NCBI RefSeq assembly: GCF_009914755.1 | Contig: NC_060941.1 | Reading direction: 5' to 3' (one strand) | Origin: the human T2T-CHM13v2.0 reference genome, Homo sapiens | DNA: 64,000 bases | Shown: in pieces, positions 1 to 17,514 of the stretch | How positions within the stretch are numbered: position 1 is the first letter of the stretch | Layout of the letters: the number at the start of each line of letters is the position of its first letter | The notes under the pieces: model-generated | Database searches by the model: none | What the model was told of the DNA's origin: nothing | Seen by the model: only the letters and a program-made list of their open reading frames with translations | Translations under genes and position numbers: made by a program

Positions 1-2148
1 ACATTTTAAGGGCATCTCTCTCTGAGTGTCCGGCATATAGATGCGGCTCAATGGATGGCAGCCGGGATGAGGATGACGAAGCAGAGATGAAGGGGGCACA
101 TGTGTGTGCACCATACACACACACCCGAAGTGGTGCGGACTGGAGCCCTCCAGGCTGGCCTCGGGCTTGAAGGCAGAAAGACCATGGGGTTTCTTTAGTT
201 TTCTGGGTCAGGATTCCCCATTTGTTGGGACCCCATCAAGCATCAATCTGACAATAGCTGTTTCCTTAGTGCTTACTGTGTCCCGCCACTGTGATCAGCA
301 CATTTCACAGCCACAGAACCACCCTCTGGAGCTGTTCCTGGTTAGGGATGGCACGAACCATCTCTGTGTGGCCAGGCCTGCTGGGGCTGCCCTAGGCGGT
401 GGCCATGCTGGGGCTGCGCTTGTGGCCTCCTGGCACTGTCGTCTGGCCTGGCATTCTCTTGGGGCCCAGGTGTTCCTGGGTAAAGCAGGGCCTGGGGTCA
501 GGAGCTGGGCTTCCATCCGAGGTGGGTGCCAGATGCTCAGCTTGCAGCAAAACCACAGGACAGGCAGAAAGGGTCAGGCCAGAGCAGGCCAATTCTTAGA
601 GGCCAGAGGGGCAGGCCCAGCCACTGAGGTGGCCTCAGTTGTCAGTCTTGGGGCCAAGGAGGGTGAGGAGAAGGGGATATGAGCGAATTGATCTTCCACC
701 GTGTGACTGGCCTGGCGCTTACATATGCAATGGAGACAGCACTTTGTAGACAACTCCTGTTGCCTCAGTTTTCTTCCCTGCACTCCTGCCAATCAGGCCA
801 AGTGATGACCCCCACCACCCCATGGGAAGGTAGGGCAGGTGTCATCCAGGACAGGAAGTCCATGGGGTAGGGAGGAAGGAGATGACCTGGGGAAAGGTCC
901 CACTAGACTGTAATCTGCCCCTGGTCCTAGGTGGGAGGAGAGCCTCGGAGGGGCCACGCTGTTGGAGGATGAGCCAGGGCCCTGGGAAGTGACCCCCATT
1001 TGTCTTGGTTCAATAGTAGTTGTATGTGTTGGGGGGTATGAGCAAGAGAACAGGAATCCCACAGAAACCCCAGCTGGTGAGGGGCTGGTTCTGCATGGCA
1101 TGAGAGAGGTTGAGCAGGTGAGCCCCAGGTAGAGCCCCAAGGCCCCCTGCTCTTCCTCAGCCTGGAAAGGAAAAATCCAGGGGATTCTGTGTGCTTGTGG
1201 AGGAACCACGGTCAAGAACTTTGGTGGGCAACTGCCTGCTTGGCGAAGTGAGCTGGGGCTGAGGGCTGCGGGGGACCATGCGGTCTGGGGTCAGATGGGA
1301 GCTGCAGCCAGACCTGAGGGGCTCAGAGCACCCCTGGGGCCCAGGCTGGGCCTCAGGAGCAGGCCCCTCGCCGAGCTTCAGGAGCTTCAGCAGGCAGGGC
1401 GGAGGCCCACCCGGCGAAACAAGGCAGCACGGCCAGGCCCTGAAGCAGAAGCCAGCTCCTGGATCCAGATGTGCCCGTGGCAGGGAAGGAAATGAGGGAG
1501 ACCCTCTCAAGCACAGAGGGATCATCAGCCCCTCCAGGGCATGGAAACTTTGAACGACTCAATGCTTCCCCGAAAGAGCCTGAGTTCAACCAAAGACCAC
1601 TTTAATGGAAAGACTGAGTTCATTTTAATTGGCAATTAAAAAAAGTGATTAGTTGTAGTTAATAGGGAACAGTTATTTGCACATCTGAGTTTTTGCATGT
1701 GCACCCGATTCTGTTACACCTGCGCCTCATTTAACCCTTCCTATACCCTGCATCATGGTGTCAACCCCAGGAAACCAGGACTCAGAGAGGCTCATTGGCA
1801 AGCCCCAAGCCACACAGCAAGCAAGGCTGGGGTGGGAGCTCAGCCCCCAGAGTTTGCTTCAGAGGAGAGAGGGACAAGGAGTCTGCAGGACAGGGCCTGG
1901 CGCTGCCATCGACTTGCTGTGTGACTGTTCTCTGAGCCGACTTCCTCTGCTGACAAATGAGAGTGGGTCAGCATCCATGAGAAAGGGTTGAAGGAAATAG
2001 GGACATTTATTCCAGAATGTTGCTGCTTGATTGAGGGAACTGACTTCATCTGTAAAGCAAGGCGGTGGGCTCAGGGGAGGGAGTCCTAAATGGGGAAGAG
2101 GGGCCTTCCACAGGAACTTGGAGTCCTTCCAGGGACATTGTCCTGGTG

Positions 2149-2167
2149 TGGCCACCAGGTGGCAGCA
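2149..2167 (+). promoter_or_regulatory. Strong CTCF core motif
   Basis: TGGCCACCAGGTGGCAGCA fits CCASYAGRKGGCRS; motif only, no binding data. Confidence 0.55.
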
Positions 2168-4373
2168 CAGCCCCCTTCAAATGACTGCTCGCGCGTGCTT
2201 ATGATGGGGCGTGCATGGGTACAGGCAGCTGTGGGGAAAGAAGGGGGAAGGGCCCCATTCCCTACCTGCTCTTCTTGCCCTCCTGGGCCAGCTCTTCTTC
2301 CCCTTACGCCCCGGGCTGCTGTGGACAAATGTCTGATGGGCCCAGGGCGCCAGCCAGACTGAGGACCCGTGAGCAGCCTACCAGGGTAGGGGGCTCACCC
2401 TTGACCAGCAGAAACCTTCTTGTCTCCAGCCACAAACCTCAAGCATGCACTACCAGCAAGACCTTAAGGAGGCCTGAAGAGGAAAGTCGCTCTGCTTCCA
2501 AGCCAGGGCTTTGTGCAGGTTTCAGCTGGGCCTCGGGCTGCACCTCTAGCCCACCCACAGCTCCCTGTCACGTTGGGGATGAAGTGGGATCTCCTTAGCT
2601 TAGCACTGGAAGAAGACCCTTCAGGACCTGGCCCTCCCCATCTCCCCGGCGCTCGGGGCTCCTGGGGCTCTTCGCATGCCTCTCTCCTGCGGCTTTGCAC
2701 CTGCCGCTCACCTGTCTTTACCGGCGCTTTCTGCACAAGCCCTGGCTCTGACTTCCCTGCAGCAGGGAGGCAGTGTGGGCTGTGTCAGCAGCAGCTTTTG
2801 CAGTGTTACCTTTATCCAGAGCTGCCCAGGCCTGGGGGGCTAGGCTGAGGGTGCCCTGCGGCTTTGGAGAGGGAGAGGCTGGGTCTTCACGCGCTACAGT
2901 CCAAAAAAGACTCTTTTCCTCTGGGCTCTTACAGGCCCTAAGCCAGTTTATGCCAGGGCTGTAACAAGATGACTCTTAAGGGTAGAAATATGTACAAATA
3001 GTAGCCAAATTGCCTGTTCAGGAATCGTCTCTGCCCAGTTGGCAATTTGGATAAAATTACAAAAAAAAGAAAAAGTCCTTGATTAGATTTGGCAAGGCTG
3101 GCTTGTACTCACAGGTCGGGGCCTAAAGGAACCCAGCAATAATCAGTCTCCTTAAAATTTAGAAAGAAGCAGGGCTGAGGAGATGCAAACAGGCTGTGGG
3201 CAGAAATCTTGTATTCTCACCCTGGTTTTCTGCTACTCCTGGTAGTTTTGGCTCCTTGGAGAATGATCAGGCAGTGGTGTGGGGCTGCAATTCACACAAA
3301 TGGCCACTGGATGATGCCAGAGGACCGGCTCTGGATGCTTAAGTCCTCACTGCCTCCCTGGAGGGACCTCTCTTGGGGCCTGCAGTCACCACCCAGACCA
3401 GACCTGCCCCATGTTCTGGTCCCATAAGGATGTTCCTAATGATCAGCATCTCTTTCTGACCCCAGGCACGTTCTGGAAGCTCCTGTGGGCAGGCCCTGGG
3501 GGCCTCAACCACTTGGTTGGCCGGGGGGCAAGATGAATCACCAGAGCTGTGACTTCACCTAAAAGAGCAAAGTGCTGTGGGCATTTGAGGCCTCAGAGAC
3601 AGACTGGGGGGTGGCTGGGGTTTTGCGCGGGCCTGGCTAGGAGGAAGGCAGGTGCCCAAAGACATCCATGGGTCCCTGTTCTCATGGTAGGTTCCATTTG
3701 CTGCAGGCCCCTCCCATGGTCCCAGCACTGAGCGCCCACACACGCCAGAGGTTGCAAGCTGGCAGCCCTCAGAAGCACTTTGGCGGCTCACTGTATTTTT
3801 TCAGGGTACTTTTATATCCTCCACCGCAAGTCCTCAGAAGGTGGGCACAGACGGCTGGGCTGGTTGGGCAGTAACCTGACTAAGCATCCTGCCCCAGGAT
3901 TCAGTCCCCCCGCCCTCAGACACAGCCCTGGTCCCAGGTTTGTCACCTCCTGGCCCCCTATGGCATTTGAGACCCTGACCTCTGCCTAAACAAAGCAGAC
4001 GATGGTTTTCCCTGACATTCCCACACCTCACCTTGGTCTGTCTTTCCCGCCTGCCCCCACCTCCAGCCTGAATCTCTTCCTTCCCTCACCACTTATTTCA
4101 AGCCTGTTCTTCCTTGAAGGCCCTGCCCGCCTGTCCCTTCCGCCAAAAGGTCCCCGACGACTCCAGCCCCCCGGGTAGTCTATCTCTTCTGTCCCCTACA
4201 GGACTCACTGCCTAGACTGCTAACTGCAAACAGACACCAGGGAAGGAGTTGACTTTCTACGGCGGTGGCAAGGGAGAAATGGGGAGAGGATCCTACATAT
4301 ATTGAGCAGATGCCAGACACTTCATCACGTCATGAATCCTCCTGGTGAGGATGAAATAAGGTCCACATAGACG

Positions 4374-4671
4374 TTTTCTTTGTTTTTGAGATGGAGTCTC
4401 ACTCTGTCGCCCAGGCTGGAGTGCAATGGTGCCATCTCTGCTCACCACAACCTCAGCCCCTCCCAAGTTCAAGCGATTCTCCTGCCTCAGCCTCCCAAGT
4501 AGCTGGGACTACAGGTGTGAGCCACCACGCCTGGCTAATTTTTGTATTTTTAATAGAGACAGGGTTTCACCATGTTGGCCAGGCTGTTCTTGAACTCCTG
4601 ACCTCAGGTGATCCACCTGACTCGGCCTCCCAAAGTGCTGGGATTACAGGCATGAGCCACAGCGCCCAGCC
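4374..4671 (-). mobile_element. AluSx-type SINE
   Basis: Full dimeric Alu, T-tail on +, flanked by CACATAGAC. Confidence 0.95.
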
Positions 4672-4680
4672 CACATAGAC

Positions 4681-5020
<340 letters not shown>

Positions 5021-5419
5021 TGAGAAGGTGCAGTCCAGGCTCAGCTTGACTCCAGGGCTGATGCCCAGCACCTCAGGCTGCAGAGATTAAGATGCCCAGA
5101 GGCATGCAAGAAATAGAAAGGGATGGGGTAGCAGGTGACTCACACTGAAGCCTCCCCCATCATCCCAAATCCTCTAAGGGGACAAAAAATATGTTTTTAA
5201 AATTCACAACCACATTGAAAACAAGACTGGTGCGCTTGGTTGACCAGACACTATGCTGAAGGCCTTAAAGGCAGAAGAGGCTGGGGCCAATGGTGGGAGG
5301 GGGCTGGCTGCTGCAAAAAGTTGGGGCCACTGTAGGCCCCTGGGCCCTGATGGGATGATTGTTCAAGGTACTCAGTAGGAGCCACAGGTGAATTCAACCC
5401 TCTTCCTGACCACCACCAC

Positions 5420-5446
5420 CACACACACACACACACACACACACAC
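5420..5446. repeat. (CA)n microsatellite
   Basis: Direct reading. Confidence 0.95.
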
Positions 5447-6404
5447 CCAGACCAAGCAGATAACACAGGTATCTGTGTTTTGAGGGAGTGGTCATCAGAA
5501 GTAATGTGAGTGCAAGGCTTGAAGGGGCAGGCACTGTCCTGGAAGGCTGGTGTGTTTAGGGAGAATGGAGGCCCCCATGCACAGAACATTAGGTAGCGGC
5601 TGGTGGTGCATTCTGCTACCCCACGAGTGGGGCAGGCTGTGGGAGAGAGCTGTGATGCTTGCAGATTGGCTAACCATGAACTTCAGACACAGAGATGAGC
5701 CTGTGAATGACAGGCAGCAAACTCCTCAATGAGAGAATTGACACCCAAGGAAAGGGAGTTAAGGCACCAGGATGAGGACTTAGAAAGGTGTACTCAGTAT
5801 CCCTGGAGAGATGGGATAGGCTATTGGATCCCCAAAAAAATCAACTAGAGAATCTAGAAAGTTAAAATCTGGTCATTGAAAAAACTCCATAAATGGGATG
5901 AATAGCAGAATGGACACAGCTGACGAGCAAAGAAATGAGTAAGAGGATTGAGTTAAGGACTTCTAGAAGGCAGCATGAAAGGACAAAGAGATGGAAAGCA
6001 CAGAATAAAAGTTAGGATACATGGAGGACAGAGTCAAAGTTTCATTTTCTGGTCCCAGAAGACATAACCAAAAGAATGCAGGGGAAGAAATTTTCCAGAG
6101 CTGAGACTGGCAATGTCCCAGAACTCTGCCAGTGCCTATCAGGATAAATGAAGAGGGAGCCTTTGCTGGACAGACATGTTGAAATTTCAGAACACTGGGG
6201 ATAAAAAAGACTCTAAATATTTCAGACTGAAAACAGACGACTTGCAAAATAATGGAATACAGGAAGCCAGAAAAAAAGAAGAAATTATCTTTAAAACCTG
6301 AAGGAAAATAATGTCTAAGACGTTTAGCATTGATAAAATTCCTTTTTGAAAGAATTGTTAAATGATATGCCCTAGCAAGAAGAAAAAGTAATCCAAGAAA
6401 CAGA

Positions 6405-6692
6405 GGCTGAGTGCAGTAGCTCACACCTGTAATCCCAGCACGTTGAGAGGCCAAGGCAGGAGGATTGCTTGAGGCCAGGAGTTTGAAACTAGCCTGGGAA
6501 ACATAGTGAAACCCCATGTCTACAAAAAGTAGCAAAATTGGCTGGGCGTGGTGGTGCTTGCATGTAGTCCCAGCAACTTGGGAGGTTTAGGTGGGAGGAT
6601 CACTTGAGCCTAGGAGTTTGAGCTTGCAGTGAGCTGTGATTGCTCCACTGCACTCCAGCCTGGGTGACAGAGGAAGACCCTGTCTTAAAAAA
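6405..6692 (+). mobile_element. AluJ
   Basis: Alu dimer with J diagnostics (GGAGGATTGCTTGAGGCC). Confidence 0.92.
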
Positions 6693-6869
6693 GAAGTGGA
6701 ATACAAGAAACAATGATGAGCAAAGAAACCAACAAAACTTATTAAATCTAAGTAAGTGTTGATTGCTTGAAAATTAATAACAATCTGCAACTAAAATATT
6801 AGATATTATCAATTTAAGTGTTGAGGAGTTTGTGGAGCAGTAGAGAGTAAATGTGTGCTGAAGCTCTTG

Positions 6870-8263
<1,394 letters not shown>

Positions 8264-8309
<46 letters not shown>
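8264..8309. repeat. (GATA)n tetranucleotide STR, about 11 units
   Basis: Direct reading. Confidence 0.97.
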
Positions 8310-8564
8310 CTTGAACAGTTCAAAAAAGAGTTATTTTCAGATATACATGGACTGGTTACAATATTGAAATATTGAAAAAGAGGAGATAAAGTTAGTTGTT
8401 TTGTAGACAGTATGATTATCTCATTAGAAAAGAAAAAAAAAGGACAAATGAAGAGTTTGGCAAGCTTGGCAAGCTTGTTGGATTAGAAGAACAAGGTGCA
8501 AACACCATTGCTTCCCTGGCAGTGGAAATGGGGATGAGGATGGATATGAGAGATGGCATTTGGA

Positions 8565-8740
8565 AGGCAGGGCAACAGGGCAGGGAGAGGGAGGACAGAG
8601 GCAGGGAAAGGGAGGACAGGCAGGGAGGGGGAGGACAGGCGCGGAGGGGAGGACAGAGGCAGGGAGGGGGAGGACAGAGGTAGGGAGGGGGAGGACAGAG
8701 GCAGGGAGAGGGAGAAGAGAGGCAGGGAGAGGGAGGTGAA
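8565..8740. repeat. G/A-rich minisatellite, unit about 21 bp (GGCAGGGAGGGGGAGGACAGA)
   Basis: About 7-8 imperfect tandem units. Confidence 0.85.
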
Positions 8741-8769
8741 GGCTGGGAGGGGGCATTCTTTGGGAAGAT

Positions 8770-8980
8770 TGCAGAGTGTGGGCTTGCCAACATTCATTGA
8801 GTGCCAAGCATCTCCTAAGTGATGTGCATGAATGATCTCATCTAATCCCTGAGGTGGCTGCTATTAACACACCCACTTCACAGATGGAAGAACCTGAGAT
8901 GCGCAGGCATGGTGAGTCCCAGCACGGCCGGGATTTGGGCTTTGGGCCCTCTGACGCTGCACAGCTGCTCTTAATCTCCA
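8770..8980 (-). mobile_element. MIR fragment
   Basis: CCCACTTCACAGATGGAAGAACCTGAGA resembles the MIR core. Confidence 0.6.
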
Positions 8981-9614
8981 CGTCATAAATGGGCTCTTCA
9001 CTCTGCTCAGGGTGCTCTTCTGGGAAGAGTGTGGTTGGTTTTTCTAATTCTCAAAGAAGCATGTGATCCAGGAAATATTAAGAAGCACTGCCTCACACAT
9101 TGGGATATATCCCAGCATTAGGAACATGGGGTCTGAGGGCCTGGCGTGGGGAGGACGCTGGCTGCTGTGGCCCGGGGGACGGTCCTGGGATAGCCTGTGC
9201 TGGCAGTTCCAACATTCCCATGAGTCAGCAGAGGACATCTGGTTCCAGGCTCTCGGACAAGAAGAGAGAGACCCCTGGAGCTGCCCTCTCTGGCCCCACA
9301 CTGTTTTTGAGACAGGCATCTGGAGCCCAGAGAGGGGGCCACTCACCCAGGGTCCTGCAGCTGGGGGTGGCTGAGGGGCTGGGCCAGGGAGAGGCCGGAC
9401 ACCCCTGCCATGGTCCTACCCCATGCTGCCTGGCTGTGGCAGCCCAGCTGGCCCTCCCCCAGCCCCTCATGGCTGAGAAAACCCCCTTTCTCCTCCCCAC
9501 AGCGTGACTCCCAGGAAGGAAGAGCCAGCACCCTTCCACCTAGAAGCCTGCAAAGCACCAGCACGGCCGGACGGCTTCATGCAGCCTATGGCCAGGTGGT
9601 GTGCCTTGGGCTGA

Positions 9615-10218
<604 letters not shown>

Positions 10219-12075
10219 ATCACTGTGGCCCTGGGTCAGCTCCTAGCTGGCTCCTGCTCCCACCCTTGCCCCCTAGGGTCTGTTCTCCTCCAGCCTAAGG
10301 CAACTGTCCTCCCTCCTCTGCTCAAAACCCTCTCATGGCTCACACTTTACTAGGGCAGAAGCCCAAGTCCTCACCATGGTCCTCATCGTTTGTCCATTGG
10401 CACCGCCTCTTGGGCCTCCCTGCTCCCCTCCAAGCTCCTGTGCCTGTTCTTTCCTCTCCCAGACACTCTTCCTCCTGACCCTGTGTGCAAGCTCAGCCCT
10501 CTCATGGCATCTCTAAGTCTCAGGTCTCTCAAAGAGCCTCTTCTGCTTAAACTTGGACTGTCCTCTCCTGAGCCCTTCCTTGTTGACTCACTCGTTGCCA
10601 CCTCCTAAGGAAGGGAGGAAGATTTAAATGGGACATGAAGGAGCAGTAGGAATCAGCTAGCCCGGGGAGGTGGTGGTGATGGGGAAGAGGGGGGTTGGGC
10701 GTGACAACCCAGGGCAGGAGGGAGGTGGCCTTGGAGGGAGTGAGCAGGTCCATGAGGCTGTGCAAGCAGCCAGGGGCGGGGCAGGTGAGAGAGCAGGCAA
10801 GGTGGCAGGGGCTCTGTTGGCCTCGCCTGTCTCCGCCTGGCCCTCCCCTGTGGCTTCATCTTGTTATGGCATCTTGGGTCATCAGCCTCCTGCCACAGTG
10901 ATGCACACACCCTGTTCCCCTGTTCCTGGGTGATTATAAACACCCTCAAGGTGACAGCCCGCCCTTCTCAGCCTCGTCTGCACCCTACAGAGTGAGCACC
11001 TGCAGGATGGGTAAATAAACAGCTGTGAGAACCAACCAGCCAATCTCACAGCGAGGGGAAACCCAGGGTTAGGCAAGGTCAAGGACCCTGTAGCCCTTTT
11101 GTAGCCTTGAACTCCAGGGAGGGGTAGGGCAGCCGCTTGGTTGGGGCAAAGTGTGTATTTGAAGGAGCCAAGCAGCAGGAAGAAAGAGAAAGTAGTTCTC
11201 TATGGCTCTCCTGGGAAGTGAAGCACTTTGAAAACTTGGAGGGCTTCCTGGAAGAGGCAAACCCAAGGTAGCTGGCCCATCTCACCTCACTGGGGAAATT
11301 CTGACCCATTTCTTCCAGATCCCAGAGACTCGGCCTAGGTCCTGCTGGGCCTGGACACTGTACCCTGCTTCTCTTCGGGCAGGGCCTCCCTTCCCCAGAT
11401 TCCCAGGCCTGGAGGAAGCCACAGGAAGTGGAACGAGGCGCCGGCTCTGTGTCTGCTTGGGGACATGGGTTAATTAATCAGGCTTTGCCCTTTCGTGGTG
11501 CTCTTGTACCCTGGAGCTGAATATTCAGGCTGGCTCCCTGACTTAGCTCCTGCCTGCGTCTGACTGGCTCTATTTTTAAAGCCCAGAGGACAGCTGACGA
11601 AAACGTTTAAAAAGAAACCAAATGTTTAACATGTAAAAGCCTGGTGCCTCTGTTTTGTTCGGAAAGCAGGATGACATGCGTTTTGTCCCCATCCCCGGGA
11701 GGGTGCAGCGTTTTGCAGCAAGGTCAGGGTCCCAGGAAACCCAAGTCAGGCCCCAGCTTTGCCACTTACCTCTGTGTGAACTTTGCCAGCCTCCTTCTCC
11801 TCCTGTGCCTCCGTTTCCACTATGTGAAAAGAGAAGTTGGGATGAGTTGGATTCCCCTCATTAGACTTTGGGTGATTCAAGAGCCGTTTTTCTGCAGGGA
11901 ATGGGTGTGGTGGGGGCAGGCTCCCTCCTCTGTTCCCCACCTGCTCCTTCTCATTTCATCTGGCTAATTCCCCTGGAAAGCTCCACTTTCTAACTAGGAG
12001 GAAGGGTCTCCTGCAAGCCCTTCGCAAGGTGTTGGGGAGGTCTTGGGAACAGAAGTTGGCAGCCCTTGTCTTTAA

Positions 12076-12432
<357 letters not shown>

Positions 12433-12799
12433 TTAACATCTTTTAAAAGGGGGAGTGGCAGTGCCCTCCTGGCTCACCTCACACAGCTGTAGCAGGAATC
12501 TAATGTCATGGTAAATGTATGTGGTTGATGACACTTGGAGTTCCTTCAGTGCCACCAATTTTCAAGTACTCTAATCCAGATACTAACTGAACACGTACCA
12601 GTACCAAAAAAAACCCATTATTGACATGTAGGGTGGGGCCAACTACGTAGGCAACATGACTTCTGAGCTAGTCCCAGCAAGGGACAGCAGTTTGTCATGC
12701 AGGCCGCTGGTGCCTCTCAGTTCTCCATCACGGGGCAGAGGGGGCACCTCGAGGATGTGGCACAGGGTTCACCCCCACAGGGTTCCTCCTTGGCAGGGT

Positions 12800-13540
12800 G
12801 TGGTGGCCGCAGTAATCTGTCTAGCCCATACGTCCTCTGCACATGGCTCTGTCTCTCCCCTTGATTCTGGGAGGATGTGTAACTTGCTGAGGAGCAATAG
12901 AATGTGAGAAACAATGCAGCTTCTGCTTGGTTTGCTGAAATGCCACGTAAGCAGGCCAGCTGCTCGAGCTGCCATGCTGTGAGGAAGTCCAACAAGCCCA
13001 CACAGATAAACATCAGGAGGAAGAGATGCCCCGCCAGGGGCTCAGAACCGCAAACGCACGACAGACTGTTTGGCTGAGCCCTCCTGTAATTCCTTAGGCA
13101 CAAAAATTATGAGAAACAATAGTGTTGTCTCTGCTGCTAAGTTTTGCATGCTTTGTTACACAGAAGTAGTAACTGACTCAGAGATGGTTGGTGCAGACCC
13201 AAGGATGGGTCTTCTCTCAGAAGTCTTGGCTGTGGTCCAGAGTTGGGGTTGAGATTTTGGAGTGGAGTAGCTTGGCCAATGAAATGAGCACAGAAGTGAC
13301 CGATGCCACTCCTGGTGGAAAAGCCTGTGTGCTACTCTCTTGCCTGCTTTGGCAAACTTTGAAGCCTCCCTTTGAGATGGGGGTGTCTTAAGATGGTGAA
13401 ACATGTTAGTTTGAGTGGGTCCCTGAAGATCTGCAAAGAGAGAAACCACTCCCATCAAGCCAAACCTTAGTGGTATTAAGCCCTTGAGATTTGGGGGTTG
13501 TTTGTTACTGTAGCTTAAAGTGACCTCTCCTGACTGATAC
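12800..13540 (+). mobile_element. Two MLT1 (MaLR) LTR fragments
   Basis: MLT 3' ends at about 13180 (TTGTTACACAGAAGTAGTAACTGA) and about 13540 (TTGTTACTGTAGC...CTGACTGATACA). Confidence 0.65.
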
Positions 13541-13649
13541 ATGATACAAACAAATAATAAGAGTGAAATGTTTCCCATTTTATTGTTGAGAGACTGGGAT
13601 ATCGAGAACATTCAGTTAAGCATTAGCTCTTATTATAATTCCAATTCCT

Positions 13650-13960
13650 GTGTCTAAATGGAGACCCTGAGATGTGGAGTTGAATGCAAGAAGTTTGTTT
13701 GGAAGCTGATTCCTGGAAGCACTGATGGTGAGGTGGAGAAGTGAGATGGTGAAGGAAAAGGAATTTGATTACTGGGTGCAGGGATGAGAAGCTTACTGCT
13801 GTGGGTAACTGGGGTTTGGTCCTTCTGGGGATCTCTGGGAGACTGTGCACAGCATGCTTCAGGTGATCCCAGCCCAGAGGTACGGGAGCTGGGGATTTAC
13901 CCATCTGCTTCCATCAATTGTTAGTTGAGGGCTGCTCCTGGGGTGTCAGCTGTCAGGCAG
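13650..13960 (-). mobile_element. ERVL LTR (LTR33/LTR16-like) fragment
   Basis: GACCCTGAGATGTGGAGTTGAATGCAAGAAGTTTGTTTGG resembles the reverse of an ERVL LTR 3' end. Confidence 0.55.
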
Positions 13961-15306
13961 GCCCTCGGGCTTGCCCTGGGCACACAGCAGCATGTTCTTT
14001 GGCCAGGGGAAGTCTTCGGGCAGAGGCCCTGGCTTTGCAGGGAGGAGCTGTTGGTGAGAACAGACTTTGCCTGCTCTGGGAGTGCGGGGGAGGCATCCTA
14101 CTTTACAGATGAGGAAGAGAGCTCTTGGGAGTCATCTGTGCCACAGCCTTAGCATGACCCCTGGCCCTTCCGACTTCCGGGCTTACGTTTTGGATCGCTG
14201 AGCCTCTTGGTGGGAAAAGCATAGAACACCAGGACGGGACCTCCTGTCCTGAGTCTCAGCTCCTGGTGGGAAGGGACTGCGTCTCTTTTGCTGTGACCAG
14301 CAGCTCTGCATCTGTGGAAATGTCCCGCAGGGGAGCAACCCAAGACCCAGGCGGGCTCTCAGGGACCCTCGTGGGCTGCCAGCTGGACAGCAGCCCAAGG
14401 GTTTGATGTGGGGCTCTCTTCCTTGCTGTGTGAGTCTGGGACCTCTCTGGGCCCTGGTTGTAATATGTGACCCTGCTTTGCCCAGAATTTGTGCACAGAG
14501 CAGATGACATGCTGGGTAGAATGCGAGGTACTGGAGCCACTGAGCACAGAGCTGGGATCAGCGCAGCGTTCTAATCTGTAGGGCAGTCGGCACGGCTGAC
14601 AGGCAAAGCTGCCAAGGCTCAGCGAGGGAAGGGAGGCCGGAGGGGCTGGGGTCTGGGGCACACTCTCGTCTGTCCTCCGTCCCTGGAGGTGTTTCCTCTC
14701 CCCAGTCCCTGTTTGCTATTGACCCCCTGGCATCCATGCATTAATCACCCGCCATTTGGACACATTTATTTAGTACCTTCTAAGGCCCTGCAGGAGGAGG
14801 AGTCAAGTGAGGCTTCAAAGAGACGTATAATTGAATTAGGATGAAAAGCATAGAAACACATAACTCAGGGCTCAGAAATGCATTTTGATTGACGGAGCAC
14901 AGAGTCTTGCCGAGAAGTTGCTCCTATGCTTGAAGCCCCCAAGGGAGGGACTTTGCCTGCCCTGGGATGAGAATCTACACCCTCCCGATCAGGTTTTTGG
15001 ATTTTAGGGATGGAAAAGAAAAGGTACTTGGAGACATCCCAGAGAGGCCTCTGACCGAGATGATGGCGAAGGCAGGAATAGGGCTCTGGTGTCTCCAAGA
15101 CTGAGCCAGGCAGGGCTCTGGGGGCCTTGGAGACTGTGGGATTGATGCTGCTGAATGCCAAGAGACACTGGGGTGATGTCAGCTGGACTTCCTCTCTGGA
15201 GGGTCAGGACTCACCCACGTGGTGCTGGACGGCCAAGCTCTCATTCATTCTGTGGGTCTGAGAGGGCAGGAGATCCCACACCACTGACTGGGTGAGTGAC
15301 TGCTCA

Positions 15307-16620
<1,314 letters not shown>

Positions 16621-16621
16621 A

Positions 16622-16916
<295 letters not shown>

Positions 16917-17209
16917 TTAATTGTTTTATTAGATCCTGACCAGCTCACAGAGGGAGGACTCTCACCCACATTTTACACACAAGGAGACAAACTCAGAGGC
17001 AGAGCCAAGTCTGCATGTCCAGGCTCTCTGAGGGCCACGCCGTGCCAGCCCCCTTCCACCCTGGTCCCTGGCCTTCGTGTGGTGAATTCTGTGTTATGAA
17101 TGGGGCCCTCTAAGATTCTTCCCACATGAGAAATTCTGTGACTCCAAGAATCAATATTTGAATTTCTGAAGCTCAACTGAAACCCAAACGCCAGTGAATC
17201 ATGACTAAC

Positions 17210-17514
<305 letters not shown>

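Noticed and set aside
104-682. 192-aa ORF
   Set aside because: Non-ATG start (GTG), GC-rich, includes MIR-like sequence and has no recognisable homology.
3002-3053. 10-bp perfect inverted repeat CCAAATTGCC...GGCAATTTGG
   Set aside because: Too short and isolated to separate from chance, and no ncRNA features.
4391-4678. Alu-derived ORFs ([13 protein letters not shown]... and many similar ones in the track)
   Set aside because: These are translations of Alu sequence.
5963-6535. 190-aa hydrophobic ORF
   Set aside because: Antisense of an Alu plus A-rich L1, which gives F/L-rich artefacts.
8396-8822. Several Pro-rich and Arg/Gly/Glu-rich ORFs
   Set aside because: Produced by the 21-bp minisatellite.
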